A stretch of DNA of 18,037 nt from Clostridia bacterium (GTDB taxonomy: Bacteria; Bacillota; Clostridia; Oscillospirales; CAG-272): assembly GCA_900754175.1 (NCBI GenBank), contig CAAEBS010000039.1, positions 1 through 18,037 of the forward strand. Reading direction: 5' to 3'. Under the pieces are notes generated by a model that had not been told where the DNA came from, searched no databases, and saw only the letters and a program-made list of their open reading frames with translations. Made by a program: the position numbers and the translations under genes. Positions 14,009-18,037 of the stretch are shown here, piece by piece. The stretch's first letter is position 1, and every line of letters starts with the position of its first letter.

Positions 14009-15343
14009 TTACGTCCCCTCTTCCTGATTCAGCATGACGGAGGCGTAGAACATTTTGCCGTCGGCGTGAAAGCGGCATACGCCGTGGTATTTTTCCGCAA
14101 TGGCACGGACGGAGGGGATGCCAAGACCGGAGCCGGTTGGCTTCTGGGACAGGAGGGCGCCGGAGCGGTCGGCTTTCAGCGTGCTGGTAAAGCTGTTATC
14201 CACCGTCAGCCACAAGGCGCACCGGTCGATTCTGGCGTTCACCAGAATTTTTTTTGGCTCCGAACGGTCGGCAATGCAGGCGTCAAGCGCATTTTCCAGC
14301 AGATTGCCGAAGAGAACCGAAAGGTCGGTCTCGCTGATCGCCATGCGGGCGGGGAGCGAAACGCCGGCGGTAAATTCGACGTTGTTTTCCTTTGCCCGCT
14401 GTGCGAAATACATCAGCACGGTGTTGACGGCGGGATTTTCGCAGAAGGTCAGCAGGGAATCGTCCGGCAGATCGGAGCGGTAGCGGTCGAGATAGGCTTC
14501 CAGACCGTCGTAATTTTTATCTTTCAGGTATTTCTGCATCAGCGCAATATGGTGGCGCACATCGTGCTTTGCCCGGCGTGCCTCCATGATTTTTGCCTGG
14601 AGGCTGTCATATTGCAGGTTCTGCATTTCCAGCCGATGATTGCTTTCCTGGAGCGCCGTATTTTTGTTCTGCTCCAGGACCAGCTGGGCGACGATGAAGT
14701 AGATCAGAAAGGCGCCGGTGTTAATTGCGATAAGAAACAGGGTATTCCGGGGGCGCAGGGCAATTTCCAGGCTGGAGGCGGTACTGCCGTAAATGTGATA
14801 GTACCAGATCAGGTAAAAGGTGGCGGGAATGAGCCAGAGATAGCGCCATTCCTTGCCGGACGGCTCCTTTTCCACCGCAGGGGTATAGACCTTTTTGATA
14901 TAGATGAACAGCGGCACCCAGATGATCGCTTCCACGCAGAACATGATAAGTGAGAACGACCAGCGGTAGCTTTGCAAAGCGAGGGCGGGAAAGAGCCTGC
15001 CCTCAATGCACTTGGAAACGATCACTATGAGATTGGCGGTGTTGGAGAGCATCATGAGGGTAAAAAGGGTCTTTCCCAGCGGCATCCGCACGGCAAGAAA
15101 GTAGAAAACGGCGTACAGCAGGGTGCTGACGGCGCTGATGATATTGGCTTTTCCGCCGGAAAAGAACGCCGCCCATATGCCGAGGGAAAACTGTGCGACC
15201 GTCAGAATACAGGTCAGAGCGCAGACGATGCCGACGGGAAAGCGCAGGTGCTTGCGGAACGGATAGATCGCCAATACGAGAAAGGGCAGAAAGTTGAGCA
15301 GGGAGTAAAGGCAGATTTCCGCAAACCGGTAAAAGGGCGGCAT
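14009..15343 (-). CDS. AgrC/VirS-like (HPK10-type) membrane sensor histidine kinase
   Basis: 444 aa with about six hydrophobic segments in the first ~215 aa. It has a coiled linker, H-box KHDVRHH, N-box NLLENALDA and G-box GSGLGIPSV. No periplasmic domain. It is paired with a LytTR regulator. Confidence 0.88.
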   Translation of the reverse strand: MPPFYRFAEICLYSLLNFLPFLVLAIYPFRKHLRFPVGIVCALTCILTVAQFSLGIWAAFFSGGKANIISAVSTLLYAVFYFLAVRMPLGKTLFTLMMLSNTANLIVIVSKCIEGRLFPALALQSYRWSFSLIMFCVEAIIWVPLFIYIKKVYTPAVEKEPSGKEWRYLWLIPATFYLIWYYHIYGSTASSLEIALRPRNTLFLIAINTGAFLIYFIVAQLVLEQNKNTALQESNHRLEMQNLQYDSLQAKIMEARRAKHDVRHHIALMQKYLKDKNYDGLEAYLDRYRSDLPDDSLLTFCENPAVNTVLMYFAQRAKENNVEFTAGVSLPARMAISETDLSVLFGNLLENALDACIADRSEPKKILVNARIDRCALWLTVDNSFTSTLKADRSGALLSQKPTGSGLGIPSVRAIAEKYHGVCRFHADGKMFYASVMLNQEEGT

Positions 15344-16056
15344 CAGGCGTCACCGCCTTTCCGGAGATTTTCAAAGCAGAAGGAGGCGTAGGCGTCGGTG
15401 ATCTCCCGGGCTTTCCGGCGGCTGATCGGGATCAGCGAGCCGTCGCTCAGGATAAACACGTTGTCTTTCCGGGCGCTCACTTCATAAAAATTTACCACAA
15501 TGCCCTTGGACGGACTGAAAAAATAGGGGTAGGCGCACAGGAGCGGCTCGATGACCGAAAACGGCAGTTTGGATTCGGTGTACGCTCCGTTTTTGTTGTG
15601 AAACACGACGTGCCGTGCCGTGATATCGACGTAAAGAATGTTGCGCAGAATGACCGACTGCCCGTCCGGCAGTTGTACCGTGCGGGAAAGCTCCATTTCC
15701 CGCAGATCCAGACGGTCGAGCATCGCCCGTATTCCCTCCGCACGGAAAGGCTTTTTCAGGTAGTAGCAGGCGTTTACCTCATAGCTTTCGCTGGCAAACT
15801 CGTTGCTTGACGTGCCGAAAACAATCCGTACCTCCCGGTCGGTCTCCCGTATTTTGCGGGCAAGGTCGATGCCGGTCGTCTGCCCGATAAAAATATCCAG
15901 TAGGATAAGGTCGTAAGTACCCGCTTTCCATGCGGCAAGAAAGGCTTCGCCGCTTGGATAACGGTCGATGATATGTTGGGAGCCGATCTGGGCGGTAATG
16001 GCGGTGAAAAGATCGTCCAGCGCCCCGGGGTCGTCGTCCACAAGTGCAATTCGCAT
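15343..16056 (-). CDS. LytTR-family response regulator (AgrA/ComE-like)
   Basis: The likely start is ATG 16056 (MRIALVDDD), 8 nt after GGAGG (16069-16065). The track start at 16065 is a GTG inside the RBS. The receiver domain has DDD, LLDIFI and LKKP. The C-terminal LytTR domain has ILYVDI, SKGIVVNFYEV and IPISRRKAREI. Its stop overlaps the kinase ATG (TGATG). Confidence 0.9.
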   Translation of the reverse strand: MRIALVDDDPGALDDLFTAITAQIGSQHIIDRYPSGEAFLAAWKAGTYDLILLDIFIGQTTGIDLARKIRETDREVRIVFGTSSNEFASESYEVNACYYLKKPFRAEGIRAMLDRLDLREMELSRTVQLPDGQSVILRNILYVDITARHVVFHNKNGAYTESKLPFSVIEPLLCAYPYFFSPSKGIVVNFYEVSARKDNVFILSDGSLIPISRRKAREITDAYASFCFENLRKGGDA

Positions 16057-16104
16057 AAATGCCACCTCCGGTAAAAACCGTATGATAGAAAAAGTCTACT
16101 ACTT

Positions 16105-16133
16105 ATTATATCACAAAATATCGCAACAGGCAA
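16105..16133 (-). promoter_or_regulatory. Promoter of the LytTR-RR/HK operon
   Basis: The minus strand reads TTGCCT (16133-16128), a 17-nt spacer ending in TGA, then TATAAT (16110-16105). Confidence 0.6.
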
Positions 16134-16146
16134 GAGGAAAGCACCG

Positions 16147-16185
16147 GAAAATGACCGCTTGCGCAGAAAATCGACCGCTTGCGCA
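16147..16185 (+). promoter_or_regulatory. Back-to-back tandem repeat GAAAAT(C)GACCGCTTGCGCA x2, candidate LytTR binding site
   Basis: Unit 1 is 16147-16165 (19 nt) and unit 2 is 16166-16185 (20 nt, one extra C). The identical 13-mer GACCGCTTGCGCA occurs at 16153 and 16173 (20-bp period). The repeat ends 7 nt before the + strand -35 and begins 13 nt beyond the - strand -35. Confidence 0.55.
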
Positions 16186-16192
16186 AAACGGC

Positions 16193-16221
16193 TTGATTTC
16201 TCCGGCATTTTACAGTACAAT
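16193..16221 (+). promoter_or_regulatory. Promoter of the GLUG surface-protein gene
   Basis: TTGATT (16193-16198), a 17-nt spacer, then TACAAT (16216-16221). Confidence 0.55.
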
Positions 16222-16285
16222 AAAGCGACAGTCGGGACCGTGCGTGTGAAGTGCCCCGGCTGAAGTTATGTAAAGGGGTATCAGA

Positions 16286-18037
16286 ATGATGAAACAAAGA
16301 GTATTGACGATCCTGCTGTGCATGGCAATGCTGGTGGGAATGCTGTCGTTTTCGGTGCAGGCGGCAGACAGTGCGCCGGAGGGCGTGTGGACCGATTACA
16401 CCGATGGGGTTGTCAACAATTTTGGCGGCGGTTCGGGAACCGAGGAGGATCCGTATCAGATCGCTACGCCGGAACAGCTTGCAAAGCTGGCAAAGGATAT
16501 CAACTCCGGTGTCTATGGTAAGGGTCATGTTAATGAATATTTTGTGCTGACCAAGGATATTGACCTTTCGGCACATCGTTGGGAGCCGATAGGAAGTGGT
16601 ACAATTGAGACCTCTTTTCACTCTTTTGGTGCATATTTTGACGGTCAGAACCATGTAATTTCCGGTATGTATGTAGATGAAAGTGCCGAACAGTTTGCTG
16701 CGGGACTTTTTGGAAATGTGACGGGTCAGACCATTAAAAACATTATCATCAAAGACGCTTACGTCAAGACAACCAATGGTGGACAATATATTGATGGTGA
16801 ACGCTATGACGGAGCAGGTATTCTGGTCGGTAATTTAAGTGCGGGTTCTGGCATGACGCCTGTAGTGGAAAACTGCCATGTCAGCGGTGTTGTGGAAAAC
16901 GATACTTTTACCGGTGGTTTTGTTGGCTACAACAGCTATGCGACCTATACGAACTGTACGGCGGATGTAACGGTGAAGGGAACTGGTAAAACCGGCGGCT
17001 TTGTCGGAGAGGATTATCAGGGTACTTATTCCGGTTGCGTTGCAAAGGGTGATGTGAATGGCACGTGGAGTGTTGGCGGCTTTGCCGGAGTACTTTGGGC
17101 TGGAAGCACAGCAGATAAATGTATTGCTTATGGAAAAGTAACGGTAAATGACTGGAATATTGGTGGCTTTGTAGGCTGGAATGAAGATATTCAGGTGACG
17201 AATTGTATCGCATACGGAGACATTTCTACTACGGCAACATGGCAAATAATAAAAACCGGTGGATTTGCTGGCACAAGTGGTGCAGAAAGCAAATTCCAGA
17301 ACTGCTATGCAGTGGGTAAGGTTACTTCTCCGGAGGGAAATCACGGTCCTGCTGCTGGGTTTGTTGGTTATGATGATGTTGGAACGACCATAGGTTGTTT
17401 CTTTGACTCGACCAAAAATGCGGCGCTGAATGCAATCGGCGATACCGGCACTGCGGGAACCAATGAGATTACGGGGCTTCCCACGGCGGAGCTTCTGGTA
17501 AAGATCTGTGAAAATTATTATGGCGGGCACGACTATTCGACCGCATGGACGGTTGATGCAGACCCGACCTGCACGGAAAAGGGAAGTAAATCTCACCATT
17601 GCACCCGTTGCGATGCCAAGTCAGACGTGACTGAGATCGACATGATCGAACATAGCGGCGGCAAGGCAACCTGCACCGCAAAGGCAAAGTGCGAGGCTTG
17701 CGGTAACGAGTACGGCGAGGTGGACGGAAAGAACCACTCTTCTCTGGGACACGTTGCGGCTAAGGCGGCAACGACGAAAGTCGAAGGCAATATCGAATAC
17801 TGGTACTGCAAGGATTGCCAGAAGTATTACAGCGATGCGGAAGCAACCAAGGAGATCAAGCTGGCAGACACGGTGATTTCCAAGCTGCCCGCTGATACGA
17901 GCGAGACGACCGACAAAGCGGATGAGGAAAAAACCGTAGACGGCGGCAAGATCGCCCTGTGGGTGACTGTGGGCTGTGTTGGCGTTGGCGCAATCGTTGT
18001 GCTTGCATGGTTCCTGCTGAAGAAGAAGGGACTGTGA
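16286..18037 (+). CDS. Secreted, C-terminally membrane-anchored surface protein with GLUG-motif repeats and a Cys-rich (CxxC) stalk
   Basis: 583 aa with a stop at the window end. The signal peptide is MMKQRVLTILLCMAMLVGMLSFSVQA-AD. There are six G-G-F-(V/A)-G repeats (GGFVGYN, GGFVGED, GGFAGVL, GGFVGWN, GGFAGTS, AGFVGYD) typical of GLUG domains. Next come the modules PTCTEKGSKSHHCTRCD, ATCTAKAKCEACG and YWYCKDCQ. The C-terminus has a TM helix (IALWVTVGCVGVGAIVVLAWFLL) followed by KKKGL. Confidence 0.85.
   Translation: MMKQRVLTILLCMAMLVGMLSFSVQAADSAPEGVWTDYTDGVVNNFGGGSGTEEDPYQIATPEQLAKLAKDINSGVYGKGHVNEYFVLTKDIDLSAHRWEPIGSGTIETSFHSFGAYFDGQNHVISGMYVDESAEQFAAGLFGNVTGQTIKNIIIKDAYVKTTNGGQYIDGERYDGAGILVGNLSAGSGMTPVVENCHVSGVVENDTFTGGFVGYNSYATYTNCTADVTVKGTGKTGGFVGEDYQGTYSGCVAKGDVNGTWSVGGFAGVLWAGSTADKCIAYGKVTVNDWNIGGFVGWNEDIQVTNCIAYGDISTTATWQIIKTGGFAGTSGAESKFQNCYAVGKVTSPEGNHGPAAGFVGYDDVGTTIGCFFDSTKNAALNAIGDTGTAGTNEITGLPTAELLVKICENYYGGHDYSTAWTVDADPTCTEKGSKSHHCTRCDAKSDVTEIDMIEHSGGKATCTAKAKCEACGNEYGEVDGKNHSSLGHVAAKAATTKVEGNIEYWYCKDCQKYYSDAEATKEIKLADTVISKLPADTSETTDKADEEKTVDGGKIALWVTVGCVGVGAIVVLAWFLLKKKGL

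Noticed and set aside
16151-16249. 32-aa ORF (MTACAENRPLAQNGLISPAFYSTIKRQSGPCV) as a possible autoinducing-peptide precursor next to the LytTR system
   Set aside because: It has no RBS. It starts inside the tandem repeat and runs through the predicted -35/-10 of the GLUG promoter. It lacks the amphipathic leader and conserved C-terminal acidic tail typical of AgrD-like peptides. The DNA is better explained as regulatory.
16106-17599. Two minus-strand ORFs (226 aa and 254 aa) antisense to the GLUG protein gene
   Set aside because: The plus-strand frame has a signal peptide, six GGF(V/A)G repeats and a C-terminal anchor, and is clearly the real gene. The antisense translations are Arg/Cys/Ile-rich with no recognisable domain.
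1-18037. Search for CRISPR arrays, rRNA/tRNA genes, transposases/integrases, toxin-antitoxin pairs, restriction-modification or other known defence modules
   Set aside because: There are no regularly spaced short repeats. No ORF carries recombinase (DDE, Tyr/Ser), nuclease/helicase/methyltransferase or known defence-protein motifs. All sizeable ORFs are accounted for by metabolic, transport, envelope or signalling functions.

Overview
This is an 18-kb chromosomal-looking stretch. Hand counts of several 60-nt lines give about 55-60% GC. The expression signals are Firmicutes/Clostridia-style: TTGACA/TATAAT promoters, GGAGG ribosome-binding sites and hairpin plus T-tract terminators.

Gene order:
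- a tandem 110-nt intergenic repeat
- class I DAHP synthase (-)
- flavin-reductase-like gene, proA and a yfcE-like phosphodiesterase (+)
- an iron-uptake locus (+): feoA, feoA, feoB, a FeoB-associated Cys-rich small protein, a short DtxR-like regulator, a candidate small membrane peptide and an HMA (MxCxxC) protein
- DAG-kinase-family lipid kinase (-)
- TfoX-N protein (+)
- PAP2 phosphatase (+)
- an overlapping pair of FAD-oxidoreductase/Rieske fusion and tocopherol-cyclase-like protein (-)
- small polyprenyl-phosphate sugar-phosphate transferase (+)
- LytTR response regulator and AgrC-like histidine kinase (-)
- a divergent signal-peptide, GLUG-repeat, Cys-rich, C-terminally anchored surface protein (+)

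I see no rRNA or tRNA genes, CRISPR arrays, transposases, integrases or recognisable defence genes. Most long ORFs antisense to these genes are high-GC shadow ORFs.

The best candidates for undescribed biology are:
1. A repeated 18-bp palindrome (GTTAGC-N4-GCTAAC) around the feo promoter. It is probably the operator of the locus-encoded atypical DtxR-like regulator.
2. The translationally coupled Rieske/FAD and tocopherol-cyclase-like pair in an apparently non-phototrophic background.
3. An agr-like two-component system without agrBD. A tandem 19/20-nt repeat sits between its divergent promoters and may control a compositionally mosaic GLUG surface protein.

All functional calls come from motif recognition by eye. 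No database search was run.
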